From: an uncultured Desulfobacter sp.
GTDB lineage: Bacteria; Desulfobacterota; Desulfobacteria; Desulfobacterales; Desulfobacteraceae
Direction: 5' to 3'
Length of the DNA: 64,000 bases
NCBI GenBank assembly: GCA_963665095.1
Contig: OY762069.1
Coordinates: 1,152,001-1,216,000 of the forward strand
The translations under genes were made by a program, and so were the position numbers. Below the pieces are notes generated by a model that worked only from the letters and a program-made list of their open reading frames with translations, did not search any database and had not been told where the DNA came from. Positions 52,795 to 62,446 of the stretch are shown here, piece after piece (the first letter of the stretch is position 1; each line of letters starts with the position of its first letter).

Positions 52795-54060
52795 TTATTT
52801 TCCCATCCATGGCGGCAGCAGTATCTGGCCTGTTGCAATGCGTTTGGGATAAACCACCACCCGTTTGCCCGCCTGCCACTGGAGAATGGAGCCCACAGCC
52901 CCCTTTTCAGGATCATCAGCCGGGATTACCTGGTGGGACTGGGGATTAAATCTGAGCCGGCCATAGACGCCCATGAGGTCCATGGTCTCCAGGGCCTGAA
53001 TTACTTTGTCCGTATCAAGGGTCCCTGCCCTTTCAACGGCATCCTTGAGCGCATAAACCGCCATATAAGAGGAAGATGCGCCAAAACACTCGGGTGGCAC
53101 ACCCCATTTTTGTTCATAGGCATGGTAAAATTTCATGGTCCACGCAGTGGCGTTTGAAGGGGCATTACCGGCATTCACCACATTGCACAGGGTATACTCG
53201 CCCTTGCCGTCTGTGGTCTTCCAGAATCCAGGCTCTTCTGCAGCCGCCAGTGTGGAACCAAAAGGCAGGGCCGGAATCTTAAGATCATACCATTGACTGA
53301 GCAAAAGGGCACTTTCGGGCATGTCCATCCAGATGTTGATGATCTGGGCACCTGTCGATATGGCCTGGAGCAGGGCCGTGGAAAAATCCGTGGTGCCGGC
53401 AGGAAAAATCCGGGTGCCTGTCACCATAAACCCTTTGCTGCCCACTGCCTTTTCCATCACCTTGGCAGCCCCCCTGGCATGCGACACGTCCTGGGCAATA
53501 ATAAATACTTTTGACAGGCCGTATCTGGTTTTAAGATCGGCAAAAGCGGCCATGATCTCTCTTATGAGATTAACCGCCTCTCCGTGAATTCTGAAACAAT
53601 ACTTGAATCTGTCATAGTTGGATTTCACCTTTTTATGGTACTTGGGAGTAAGGACCCCGGAGGACACAATGGAAATTTTTTTGTATTTTGAAAAAATGTC
53701 CATGACTGACAGGGCTGCTTCAGACCGGTTTGGACCGCCCACGATGAAATCCGCATTTTTGTTAACAATGAGACTCTCCACAGCCATACGAACATTATGG
53801 AGCGGGACGCCCGGTTTTAGATCCCGGGTATCAACCACCTCTGCAGAAAAGAGGCGTTTTTCACCGCCCACAGACACCCCGCCAGCATCATTGATTTCAT
53901 CAACAGCCAGCTGAATGCCGCGCTGGGCACCCCGGCCGTAAAGATACGCTGTGGATAAAGGCACCCCTATCACAATGGGTTCAGCAGCCCTGAGAGTTTC
54001 AGTAAAAAAAACGGCCGGCAGAATAAAAAGAAAAACCGCGCACAGCCTGATACGGTTCAT
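52795..54060 (-). CDS. Branched-chain-amino-acid-type ABC substrate-binding protein (orphan)
   Basis: Signal peptide, IVIGVPLS, AVDEINDAGG, ERAGTLD, QWQ.GK. Confidence 0.88.
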   Translation of the reverse strand: MNRIRLCAVFLFILPAVFFTETLRAAEPIVIGVPLSTAYLYGRGAQRGIQLAVDEINDAGGVSVGGEKRLFSAEVVDTRDLKPGVPLHNVRMAVESLIVNKNADFIVGGPNRSEAALSVMDIFSKYKKISIVSSGVLTPKYHKKVKSNYDRFKYCFRIHGEAVNLIREIMAAFADLKTRYGLSKVFIIAQDVSHARGAAKVMEKAVGSKGFMVTGTRIFPAGTTDFSTALLQAISTGAQIINIWMDMPESALLLSQWYDLKIPALPFGSTLAAAEEPGFWKTTDGKGEYTLCNVVNAGNAPSNATAWTMKFYHAYEQKWGVPPECFGASSSYMAVYALKDAVERAGTLDTDKVIQALETMDLMGVYGRLRFNPQSHQVIPADDPEKGAVGSILQWQAGKRVVVYPKRIATGQILLPPWMGK

Positions 54061-54155
54061 GCTTATCTCCTTATAGTGAGGATGACGTGTTGAGGCGTGG
54101 TGACTTAAAATCAGAATATAAATGTAAATGGTTCTTTTACTTGTTAACAATTCCC

Positions 54156-55358
54156 CTACCCTTTAACAACACCTAAAGGATAAAATTTATGTAAAGGGGT
54201 AATCAGATCAAGTTGTGCGTCAACCACTTCATCGATGTTTTTATAGGCCTGGGGCGCTTCTCCAAGATCATACATCCCCTTGGTTTTGCCTCTTTTTACC
54301 TTGGACCACCGGTCATATACGATCCCCTGCATGGCCATGTCGCACGCGTCAGGGGTCAGACTGCGGGATGCCTGCATACGCCCCAGAACCCGTCCGGCCC
54401 CATGGGAGCAGGACATGAAAGACTCGGGATTTCCCAGCCCCTCTACAAGATAAGAGGGGGTTCCCATGGAGCCGGGAATGATGCCGATCTGGCCTTTTCC
54501 GGCCGAAGTGGCACCTTTTCTGTGGACCCAGGCATTGACCCCGAAATGGCTTTCAAGGGATGCGTAGTTGTGATGGATGTTTACCTCACCTGAGAACAGC
54601 ACATCCGGGAAAACCTCTGTTACCGCCTGTTTGAACCGGCTCATAATTCTTTTACGGTTTTCAGCCGCATAAGCCAGGGCAAAGTTCATATCCTTGATAT
54701 ACATCTGCCCTTCTGACGTGTCTGTGGGCAGAAATGCCAGATCCTTTCCTGGCGTGTCTGTCTGCCATTTTTCGTTTAAGCCCACCGCCATCTGATTATA
54801 GTAGCGGGCAATTATATTCCCAAGATGCCTTGATCCTGAATGGATCATCAGCCAGACATGGTCATCGTCTCCGGCCTGAATTTCAATGAAATGGTTTCCT
54901 CCGCCAAGAGTGCCTAAATTTTTGGGGGCAAGTGCCCTGACATGGGAGGAGAACCATCCGCGTTTTGCATAGGCATCAATATCGTCAAGTCCTTCCCAGG
55001 CCTGAGCCTGTTTATGCGCCATTCCCTCTCCGCAGGGTACAATTTTTTTAACCAGTTCAACAATCTTCCTGATTTTTCCTTGGCTTGCATTCGCCACTGG
55101 CACAGTAGTTCTCACCGATCCCATCCCGCACCCGATATCAACACCGACTGCATTGGGGATCACAGCATCCCTGGTCGCAATTACCCCTCCAATGGGCATG
55201 CCGTATCCTACATGGCAGTCCGGCATCAGGGCCACATGGTGAAACACCACCGGATGCACTGCCAGATCTTCAGCCTGTTTGAAAGCGTCATTTTCAAGAT
55301 TCCGGCACCAGGATTTAATCGGCACTTTATAGTGATCTTCTTTTTTTATCCATTCCAT
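54156..55358 (-). CDS. rtcB: RNA ligase RtcB family protein
   Basis: MPDCHVGYG.PIG, VGVDIGCG, LGTLGGGNHFIE, HSGSR, HHN, HRKGAT, IPGSMG, SHGAGR, EAPQAYK. Confidence 0.95.
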   Translation of the reverse strand: MEWIKKEDHYKVPIKSWCRNLENDAFKQAEDLAVHPVVFHHVALMPDCHVGYGMPIGGVIATRDAVIPNAVGVDIGCGMGSVRTTVPVANASQGKIRKIVELVKKIVPCGEGMAHKQAQAWEGLDDIDAYAKRGWFSSHVRALAPKNLGTLGGGNHFIEIQAGDDDHVWLMIHSGSRHLGNIIARYYNQMAVGLNEKWQTDTPGKDLAFLPTDTSEGQMYIKDMNFALAYAAENRKRIMSRFKQAVTEVFPDVLFSGEVNIHHNYASLESHFGVNAWVHRKGATSAGKGQIGIIPGSMGTPSYLVEGLGNPESFMSCSHGAGRVLGRMQASRSLTPDACDMAMQGIVYDRWSKVKRGKTKGMYDLGEAPQAYKNIDEVVDAQLDLITPLHKFYPLGVVKG

Positions 55359-55751
55359 CTCTTATCTCCTGTGCCTGGTCCCGAACCAACGCGTTGTGGA
55401 TGCTGAAATACAGCCCTTTTAATGCCCGGAGCAATGATTTAAGACCGTTAAATAAATATTTGTCAACATATGGAATTCAATGGCGCTATAGTCACTCTTT
55501 TTTTTGTAGGTTGGCTCACCTACAAGCCATGAATGAATCTGCCTAGAGAGTACCACAAAATCTACTTACATAAAAATTAAGACTTCAACCGATTGGTAGA
55601 ATATTGTCAGCCTGATAACTGTATAAACGATATTTTTCTATATTCGGACCGTTCCTGCAAGTTTTGCCTGTATGGGGAGGCGGGAACAAAAGGCAGGACA
55701 AAAGCGGCCTTAAAGAAAAAATGTGTAATCAATTAAATTCGGAGGGGACAA

Positions 55752-57509
55752 ATGACGTTGCAAAGCTTTTACAAAGAGGTGATGGCACTCAACAAGATCC
55801 AGGACATGGCTAAACGTGAGATAGAAGCGCAAACGTTTTTTAAAAAACTCAATTCAGCTGAACTGCCCAAAACTTTCAACTGGGCCCAGGAGATCTTTGA
55901 AGATATCCATGTCAAAGAACGTGGAGACCAGCTTGCACTGATCTGGGCGGATCTGCACACAGATGAGGAAGCGCAGTATACCTACACCGAGCTTGCTCAA
56001 AATGGAAACCGCATGCTCAATTTTCTGCGAAAAAAAGGGGTGGGAAAAGGCGACAACCTCTACATGCTGACCCCCATTGTCCCAGAAACCTGGTTTGCTT
56101 CCTTTGCCGGCCTCAAAGGAGGCCTTGTCACCGTTCCCACCGCCACCACCATGACGGAACGTGAAATTCAGTTCCGGTTTGAAGCGTATCCGCCGGATGT
56201 CATCATTGCCCATGAGAGCCTCACCACCCTGGTGGACGATGCCCTGGCCAAGGCCGGATGCACGCCTAAGGCCAAAGTGATCCTGGGCCAGAAAGAGGGC
56301 TGGACCTCCTATACTCAGATTGCAGAGGAATCACCGGAAGCGGCACCTGAGACCATTAACAGCGAAGACGTTCTGTTCTGCTTTTTCACATCCGGTACCA
56401 CAGGGCTTCCCAAACGGGTGGGTCACTCTGCGGTATCCTATCCCCTGGGCCATTTATCAACGTCAGTGGCCATCGGGCTTGAGCCCGGGAACATTCACCA
56501 CAATTTAAGTGCGCCTGGATGGGCCAAATGGGCGTGGAGCAGCTTTTTCGCACCCTTGAACGTGGGCGCCACAGCCACAGGTTTTAATTTCACCGCACTG
56601 GACATTAAAAAATACATCAGCCTGGTGGCAAAGTATAAAGTCAACTCCTTTTGTGCACCGCCCACTGCCTGGCGTGCCTTTGTGGGCCTTGATCTGTCAA
56701 AATATGATCTTTCCGCCATGAAGTACTCTTTAAGCGCCGGCGAACCCCTGAACCCGGAAGTCATTGATCAGTGGCGGGAGTCCACAGGCACGGAGATCCG
56801 CGATATCTACGGACAGACCGAATCCACCTGCATGATCGGCAATCCGCCCTGGATGGAAGGCAAAATGCGCCTGGGCTCATTCGGATACCCGTCATTCATG
56901 TACGACATTATCCTGGCGGACGATGAAGGCAAAGAGGTCACAGAACCTGATGTCACCGGCCACATCGTGGTCCGGCTCTCCAACTGGCGGGCCATCGGCC
57001 TGTTCCAGGAATACATTGACAATGATGAGAAAACCAAAGAGGCGTTTAAGCATGGCCTCTATTTCACCGGAGATAAAGCCACCTTTGATAAGGATGGCTA
57101 CTGGTGGTTTGTGGGCCGGGCAGACGATGTCATCAAAACCAGTGACTACCGGGTTGGTCCCTTTGAGGTGGAAAGTACGCTCATTGAACACCCGGCCGTC
57201 ATGGAAACAGCTGTGGTTGGCGTGCCTGATCCAAAGCGTCACCAGCTGGTCAAGGCCTTTGTCATTCTGGTTCCAGGCCAGAAACCTTCAAAAGAGCTGG
57301 CCCTGGAATTGTTCCAGCACACCATTGAGGTGCTGGCCAAGTTTAAAATCCCCAGAATCATTGAATTTGTGGAAGAACTACCCAAGACCATCTCCGGAAA
57401 GATCCGGCGTATAGAACTTCGGGAAAATGAGGAGAGTAAAACCGAATCACAGACCACCGAATATTTCTATCATCAGTTTCCGGAATTAAGCTCCAAGAAA
57501 GGCAAATAG
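55752..57509 (+). CDS. Short/medium-chain acyl-CoA synthetase (AMP-forming)
   Basis: FTSGTTGLPK, GWAK, SAGEPLNP, YGQTE, TGD, LPKTISGKIRR. Confidence 0.9.
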   Translation: MTLQSFYKEVMALNKIQDMAKREIEAQTFFKKLNSAELPKTFNWAQEIFEDIHVKERGDQLALIWADLHTDEEAQYTYTELAQNGNRMLNFLRKKGVGKGDNLYMLTPIVPETWFASFAGLKGGLVTVPTATTMTEREIQFRFEAYPPDVIIAHESLTTLVDDALAKAGCTPKAKVILGQKEGWTSYTQIAEESPEAAPETINSEDVLFCFFTSGTTGLPKRVGHSAVSYPLGHLSTSVAIGLEPGNIHHNLSAPGWAKWAWSSFFAPLNVGATATGFNFTALDIKKYISLVAKYKVNSFCAPPTAWRAFVGLDLSKYDLSAMKYSLSAGEPLNPEVIDQWRESTGTEIRDIYGQTESTCMIGNPPWMEGKMRLGSFGYPSFMYDIILADDEGKEVTEPDVTGHIVVRLSNWRAIGLFQEYIDNDEKTKEAFKHGLYFTGDKATFDKDGYWWFVGRADDVIKTSDYRVGPFEVESTLIEHPAVMETAVVGVPDPKRHQLVKAFVILVPGQKPSKELALELFQHTIEVLAKFKIPRIIEFVEELPKTISGKIRRIELRENEESKTESQTTEYFYHQFPELSSKKGK

Positions 57510-57523
57510 CCATACGCAAACAG

Positions 57524-57567
57524 AACCCGCGGGCAGCAGGCTGCAACATGCCTGCTGCCCGCGGGTT
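57524..57567. terminator. Hairpin between convergent genes
   Basis: Perfect 18-bp stem AACCCGCGGGCAGCAGGC/GCCTGCTGCCCGCGGGTT. Confidence 0.75.
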
Positions 57568-58279
57568 ATTTAATGTAACTGTCAATAATCTGCTGATACC
57601 GGCCGCAGGCTTTCAATTCTGACAACCCCCGGTTAAATGCATCCCTGATATGCGGATCATTAAAGATCACCTTATACGGCGTGGGGGGAAAAATTTCGTG
57701 AAAGGCAGGCAGGCGCCGGGTACTCACACCGGCAACTTTTTTCCGGTAATATTTAAAAATATTAATATCTGATACCACCACGTCAGTTCTGCCCGCATAT
57801 AACATCTTGACCTGCACGACCTGCTGATCGTGCTCTATGTAGTCTGAAAGCGATTCCATGGTCTTTTTATATTCCGGCCCCAGATACTTTGTCGCATTCT
57901 GAAACGCCACCACCCGTTTGCCGGCCAGGTCATCCAGACAATCAATAACGATATTTTGATCCTTCAGGGTGATGGCGTAATTCTGATAGGTGATGACCAC
58001 ATCGGAAAAATACCCTTTCACACCAGTGGACTCATTGACGGTGACAGCCCCGTCATATTTCTTATAGTCAACAATAACCCGGGCAAAAGGGACATATTTA
58101 AGTTCAAGGGAATATCCTTTTGCGCTCAGCGCCTCTTTTACGATATCGTGCTCCATACCGTTCCCGGTTTCATAAATGATATAAGGCGGTAAGGACAACC
58201 CTGCGACAAGCGTAACTTGCGTTGCCTGTGAAACAGATACTGAAATAAGCACGATTAATATGATTAGAAGTGGTTTCAT
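57566..58279 (-). CDS. Solute-binding protein family 3 (orphan)
   Basis: Signal peptide, LPPY, VPFAR, AFQNA, GRTDVVV.D, FNRGL. Confidence 0.85.
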   Translation of the reverse strand: MKPLLIILIVLISVSVSQATQVTLVAGLSLPPYIIYETGNGMEHDIVKEALSAKGYSLELKYVPFARVIVDYKKYDGAVTVNESTGVKGYFSDVVITYQNYAITLKDQNIVIDCLDDLAGKRVVAFQNATKYLGPEYKKTMESLSDYIEHDQQVVQVKMLYAGRTDVVVSDINIFKYYRKKVAGVSTRRLPAFHEIFPPTPYKVIFNDPHIRDAFNRGLSELKACGRYQQIIDSYIK

Positions 58280-58646
58280 ACGTATTCCCTGTTCATTTTG
58301 GATCCGGAAAGGAAGTGCCTTTTATCTTGATTCATCATAATGGCTAATGGTTAAAGTATCAATACCGGATGATGCTATCATCGAAGAATGTTATCGCAAC
58401 CTGTGACACTGTGAATGACAATTTCTAACACAACGCACCAATATTTCCCATTGATTCAAGCCGATTTTTGGGATAGAAGATGTGTAATCCTTAATGCGGG
58501 CACGAAGCCTGTGATTCAGACAAATTTTATCTGGTATCAATCCATGAAGGCTACAATGGCGATGTTTAACTGTAAGGTGGCAACACCTTTTGTTTGATTT
58601 TTAAGAGCCTCTATCATCTTTAAGGAATTGAAGGAGAAAATCAGTT

Positions 58647-59426
58647 ATGAAAAAATTAATTATTGCATCAGGCTTCCTGTTTCTGGGAGTGATTCTTTGC
58701 GCAGCAACTGTTCAGGCCCATTACGGTATGGTGATTCCTTCGGACAATATGGTTATGGAGAATGATGACCGCACTGTTCATATCACCGCCTCTTTTTCCC
58801 ATCCCTTTGAAGGGGTAGGCATGGAGCTTGTCACACCCAAAGTATTTGCTGTTAAAGCCAACGGCAAAGTTCAGGATCTCTTAGGCACCCTTGCACAGAT
58901 AAAAGTGATGGGGCACACTGCCTGGAAAACCGATTACAAATTTACAAGGCCCGGCGTTTACATGTTCTATATGGAACCCAAACCCTATTGGGAACCTGCC
59001 GAAGACTGCTTTATCATTCATTTCACCAAAACTGTTGTCACAGCGTTTGGCGATGACGAGGGCTGGGATGAAGAAATTGGACTTAAAACTGAAATCGTGC
59101 CGCTTTCCAAGCCCTTTGCCCAGTACGCCGGCAACGTGTTCCAGGGAATTGTGAAACTGGACGGCCAGCCAGTCCCCTTTGCCGAGGTAGAGGTGGAATA
59201 TTATAATGAAGACGGGAAATCTGAAGCACCTACAGATTATATGGTTACCCAGACCATCAAGGCCGATGCCAACGGCATATTTACCTATGCCGCTCCCAAA
59301 GCCGGATGGTGGGGATTTGCCGCGCTGAATGAAGCAGATTTTACCCTGAAAATCGACGGTCAGGATAAGGGTGTTGAGCTTGGCGCTGTCATCTGGGTGT
59401 TATTCGAAGACTGGAAAACCAAATAG
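58647..59426 (+). CDS. DUF4198 periplasmic protein (NikM-domain/Co-Ni uptake associated)
   Basis: Signal peptide with His right after the cleavage site (AHYGMVIPS), [27 protein letters not shown]; first gene of the cbiM operon. Confidence 0.85.
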   Translation: MKKLIIASGFLFLGVILCAATVQAHYGMVIPSDNMVMENDDRTVHITASFSHPFEGVGMELVTPKVFAVKANGKVQDLLGTLAQIKVMGHTAWKTDYKFTRPGVYMFYMEPKPYWEPAEDCFIIHFTKTVVTAFGDDEGWDEEIGLKTEIVPLSKPFAQYAGNVFQGIVKLDGQPVPFAEVEVEYYNEDGKSEAPTDYMVTQTIKADANGIFTYAAPKAGWWGFAALNEADFTLKIDGQDKGVELGAVIWVLFEDWKTK

Positions 59427-59541
59427 TGTCTGAACGGCTTGATAGGTTGCTTTAACAAATTGCAATCCTCTCATACTGAAAGTATGCGCCGGTTGCAATT
59501 TGTCCTACGCCCTGCAGCTGGGTACCTTTTCGTCCAAACAC
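59426..59541. mobile_element. MITE-like nested-hairpin intergenic element
   Basis: Imperfect termini GTGTCTGAACG/CGTCCAAACAC (9/11); inner perfect stems ACAAATTGCAA/TTGCAATTTGT and CATACT-gaa-AGTATG. Confidence 0.5.
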
Positions 59542-59629
59542 ACCACCCTGGAAAGTAAAATTTTTATTGTGCGCTAAGGGTCTGATGGAAATTTTCCTGT
59601 CAGGCCCTATGGCGAACTAAGAAGGTGTT

Positions 59630-60274
59630 ATGCATATTTCCGAAGGCATTCTTTCTGCGCCGGTTTTGGGTACCGGAATGGCGCTGGCAGTGGCCGGGAC
59701 CGCCATTGGTCTAAAAACCCTTAAAGAGGACAAAATTCCCCAGGCAGCCATTCTGTCTGCGGCATTTTTTGTGGCCTCCCTGATCCATGTGCCCATCGGG
59801 CCTTCGTCCACGCATCTGATCCTTAACGGCATCCTTGGCCTGATGCTTGGCTGGGCCGCTTTCCCTTGCATACTCATTGCCCTGCTGCTGCAGGGTGTGC
59901 TGTTTCAATTCGGAGGCATCACCACCTTAGGTGTTAATACAGTCAATGTTGCCCTGCCTGCGGTACTGTGTTACTACGTGTTTGCACGGTTTATCCACAG
60001 ACAGGGGGCTGCGGCCTTTATTGCCGCCTTTACCTGTGGATTTTTAAGTGTATTTCTAACTGCCATCCTTGTGGGCGTATCCCTCATGTTTACCCAGGAA
60101 AGCTTTCTTGAAGTGTCTGTGGCGGTTGTTGTGGCCCATATTCCAGTGATGATCATTGAAGGATTTGTGACAGGATTCTGCGTCAGCTTTCTTAAAAAAG
60201 TTCAGCCGGAACTTCTGCCCCAGTGGCATGGTGTAAAAGGGCATACTGTCAAAGAGTCAGGGACCGTTTCCTGA
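59630..60274 (+). CDS. cbiM: Co/Ni ECF transporter S component
   Basis: N-terminal MHISEG metal-binding motif, HLILNG, LQGVLFQFGGITTLGVN, IEG. Confidence 0.93.
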   Translation: MHISEGILSAPVLGTGMALAVAGTAIGLKTLKEDKIPQAAILSAAFFVASLIHVPIGPSSTHLILNGILGLMLGWAAFPCILIALLLQGVLFQFGGITTLGVNTVNVALPAVLCYYVFARFIHRQGAAAFIAAFTCGFLSVFLTAILVGVSLMFTQESFLEVSVAVVVAHIPVMIIEGFVTGFCVSFLKKVQPELLPQWHGVKGHTVKESGTVS

Positions 60275-60316
60275 TATTTTATCTCCTTATCTCTTAATTT
60301 TAAATGGTTACCTATA

Positions 60317-60955
60317 ATGAGACGAAAATTATATTTATTGGTATTTTCATGCTGTATGATGCTTTGTCTTCTTTTCACCGGCACGGCCCTGGCTCACAAA
60401 GTCACAGTATTTGCCTGGGTGGAAGGCAATGTGATTTACGGGGAAAGCAAGTTCAGCGGTGGTAAAAAGGCCCGGAATGCGGACGTCATTGTCTGGGATG
60501 AAAGCGGCAGGGAGCTGATGCGGACCAAGACTGACGACAATGGGGAATTTTCATTTCCCGTACCCCAGAAAACCGCCATGCGTATTGAACTTCTTGCGGG
60601 CATGGGACACAAGGCGGACTGGACTATTCCCCTGGAAGATGTCAAGGACGTGGATATTGCAGAATCTGTGGCAAATGAGCCCCCCCCTTCGGCCTCAACA
60701 GATACGGCTGACCAGGAAAAAACACAGGCGGCAGTGCCCCGGGCATCTGTTCCTGCCGGCATAAACCAGGCCCAGCTTGAGGCTATTGTGGAGAAGGCCG
60801 TATCAAGCGCTTTAAGCAAAAAAATTTCCCCGCTGACAAAAATGGTGGCGGATCTGAAGCAGGATGGGCCCACCGTGAATGACATCATGGGCGGCATCGG
60901 CTACATTTTCGGACTGATGGGTGTGGCCATGTACTTTAAATCAAAAAAAAGATAA
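60317..60955 (+). CDS. CbiL/NikL-like auxiliary component
   Basis: Signal peptide, AHKVTVFAW, TDDNGEFSF, AGMGH, C-terminal TM GGIGYIFGL; lies between cbiM and cbiQ. Confidence 0.75.
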   Translation: MRRKLYLLVFSCCMMLCLLFTGTALAHKVTVFAWVEGNVIYGESKFSGGKKARNADVIVWDESGRELMRTKTDDNGEFSFPVPQKTAMRIELLAGMGHKADWTIPLEDVKDVDIAESVANEPPPSASTDTADQEKTQAAVPRASVPAGINQAQLEAIVEKAVSSALSKKISPLTKMVADLKQDGPTVNDIMGGIGYIFGLMGVAMYFKSKKR

Positions 60956-60971
60956 AAACGGCCAGGGTATC

Positions 60972-61730
60972 ATGATTGAAGAGCCCTTTGCTGCAGGCAG
61001 TTCCTTTATCCACAGGCTTGATCCCCGGTGCCGGGTGATGGTGGCGACCCTTTTGTGCTTTGTGGTTGCCTTGAGCCAAAAGCTGCCCACGCTCTGGGCG
61101 GGCCTTGGACTGGCAATTCTTCTGGTGGTCCTGGCCTGGCTCAATCCCGGGCAGGTGATCCGGCGGATACTGGTTATCTGGACTTTTCTTTTGTTTTTAT
61201 GGGCCATTCTGCCCTTTACCTATAAGGGCGACGTGGTCTTTCAAATCGGCGGGTTCGGCATGACCCGGCAGGGTATTGATCTCTGCATTGCCATCAGCCT
61301 GAAGTCAAATACCATTCTCCTTGTTTTTATTGCGCTTGTCACCACCATGGATTTCAGCACCCTGGGATATGTGCTTAATTTTTTCCACATGCCGGAAAAG
61401 CTGGTCCATCTGCTGCTGTTAACCTACCGGTATATCTTTGTGATTGATCAGGAGTACCGGCGGCTGATCCGGGCAGCCCGGCTCAGAAGCTTTGAGCCGA
61501 AAACCAACCTGCACACCTACCAGACCTATGCCTATCTTTGCGGGATGCTCTTTGTTCGGGCCTCGGCAAGGGCCCAGCGCGTTTACAACGCCATGAAATG
61601 CCGGGGCTTTTCAGGCCGGTTTCACTGCCTGCGGGAATTCAGTCTGGACCGGACAGACATTGTCTGGACAGTCATCGCTCTTACAGCGGTAACAGGCCTG
61701 GTCATTATGGAGGTAACACCCATTCTATGA
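60972..61730 (+). CDS. cbiQ: ECF transporter T component
   Basis: HRLDPR, TYRYI, ARLR, AMKCRGF. Confidence 0.92.
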   Translation: MIEEPFAAGSSFIHRLDPRCRVMVATLLCFVVALSQKLPTLWAGLGLAILLVVLAWLNPGQVIRRILVIWTFLLFLWAILPFTYKGDVVFQIGGFGMTRQGIDLCIAISLKSNTILLVFIALVTTMDFSTLGYVLNFFHMPEKLVHLLLLTYRYIFVIDQEYRRLIRAARLRSFEPKTNLHTYQTYAYLCGMLFVRASARAQRVYNAMKCRGFSGRFHCLREFSLDRTDIVWTVIALTAVTGLVIMEVTPIL

Positions 61731-62443
61731 TACAAAACACGTCAATACTGCACCTGGAAAACGTAAGCTTCAGCTACCCTGGACGCGGCCGGGTACTCAA
61801 TAATGTCTGCCTGACCGTCAATAGGGGGGACCGCATCGGCCTGGTCGGCCCCAACGGCAGCGGGAAAACCACATTGTTTCACATCATCATGGGTCTTTTA
61901 AAGCCCACCTCCGGCACCATTGAATTTTTCGGCGCCCCGGTTAAGACAGATAAGGATTTCAGGCAGGTTTACAAAAAAGTAGGATTGCTGTTCCAGGATT
62001 CCGATGACCAGCTTTTCAGCCCAACAGTGATAGAAGATGTGGCCTTTGGCCCGCTGAATCTGGGGAAATCAAAATCTGATGCAGGGAATATTGCAAGAAT
62101 GACCCTGGACCGGCTGGGCATTGGGGATTTTGCCCAGCGGATCACCCACAAGCTCTCGGGTGGGGAGAAGCGACTGGTGGCCCTGGCAGCCGTACTTTCC
62201 ATGAAACCGGAGCTGGTGCTGCTGGACGAACCCAGCACCGGTCTGGATGAAAAAACAAAAGAAATTCTGGTGGATGTGTTGAACCGTCTGGAACTATCCT
62301 ATATCCTGATCTCACATGAAAGTGATTTCATGTCCCGGATTGTGAACACCATATATACGATGGAGGATGGTACCCCCCAGAAGGACACTCATATCCATCA
62401 ATACAAACATACGCACCCAAACCCGATGCAACATCATGAGTAG
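61727..62443 (+). CDS. cbiO: ECF transporter ATPase with His-rich tail
   Basis: GPNGSGKTT, FQDSDDQLFSPTV.EDVAFGP, LSGGEKR, LLDEP. Confidence 0.92.
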   Translation: MIQNTSILHLENVSFSYPGRGRVLNNVCLTVNRGDRIGLVGPNGSGKTTLFHIIMGLLKPTSGTIEFFGAPVKTDKDFRQVYKKVGLLFQDSDDQLFSPTVIEDVAFGPLNLGKSKSDAGNIARMTLDRLGIGDFAQRITHKLSGGEKRLVALAAVLSMKPELVLLDEPSTGLDEKTKEILVDVLNRLELSYILISHESDFMSRIVNTIYTMEDGTPQKDTHIHQYKHTHPNPMQHHE

Positions 62444-62446
62444 CCT

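Noticed and set aside
58440..58646. Cobalamin riboswitch upstream of the cbiM operon
   Set aside because: Only an isolated ACTGTAA is present; no GGGAA, GCCACTG or B12-box elements were found.
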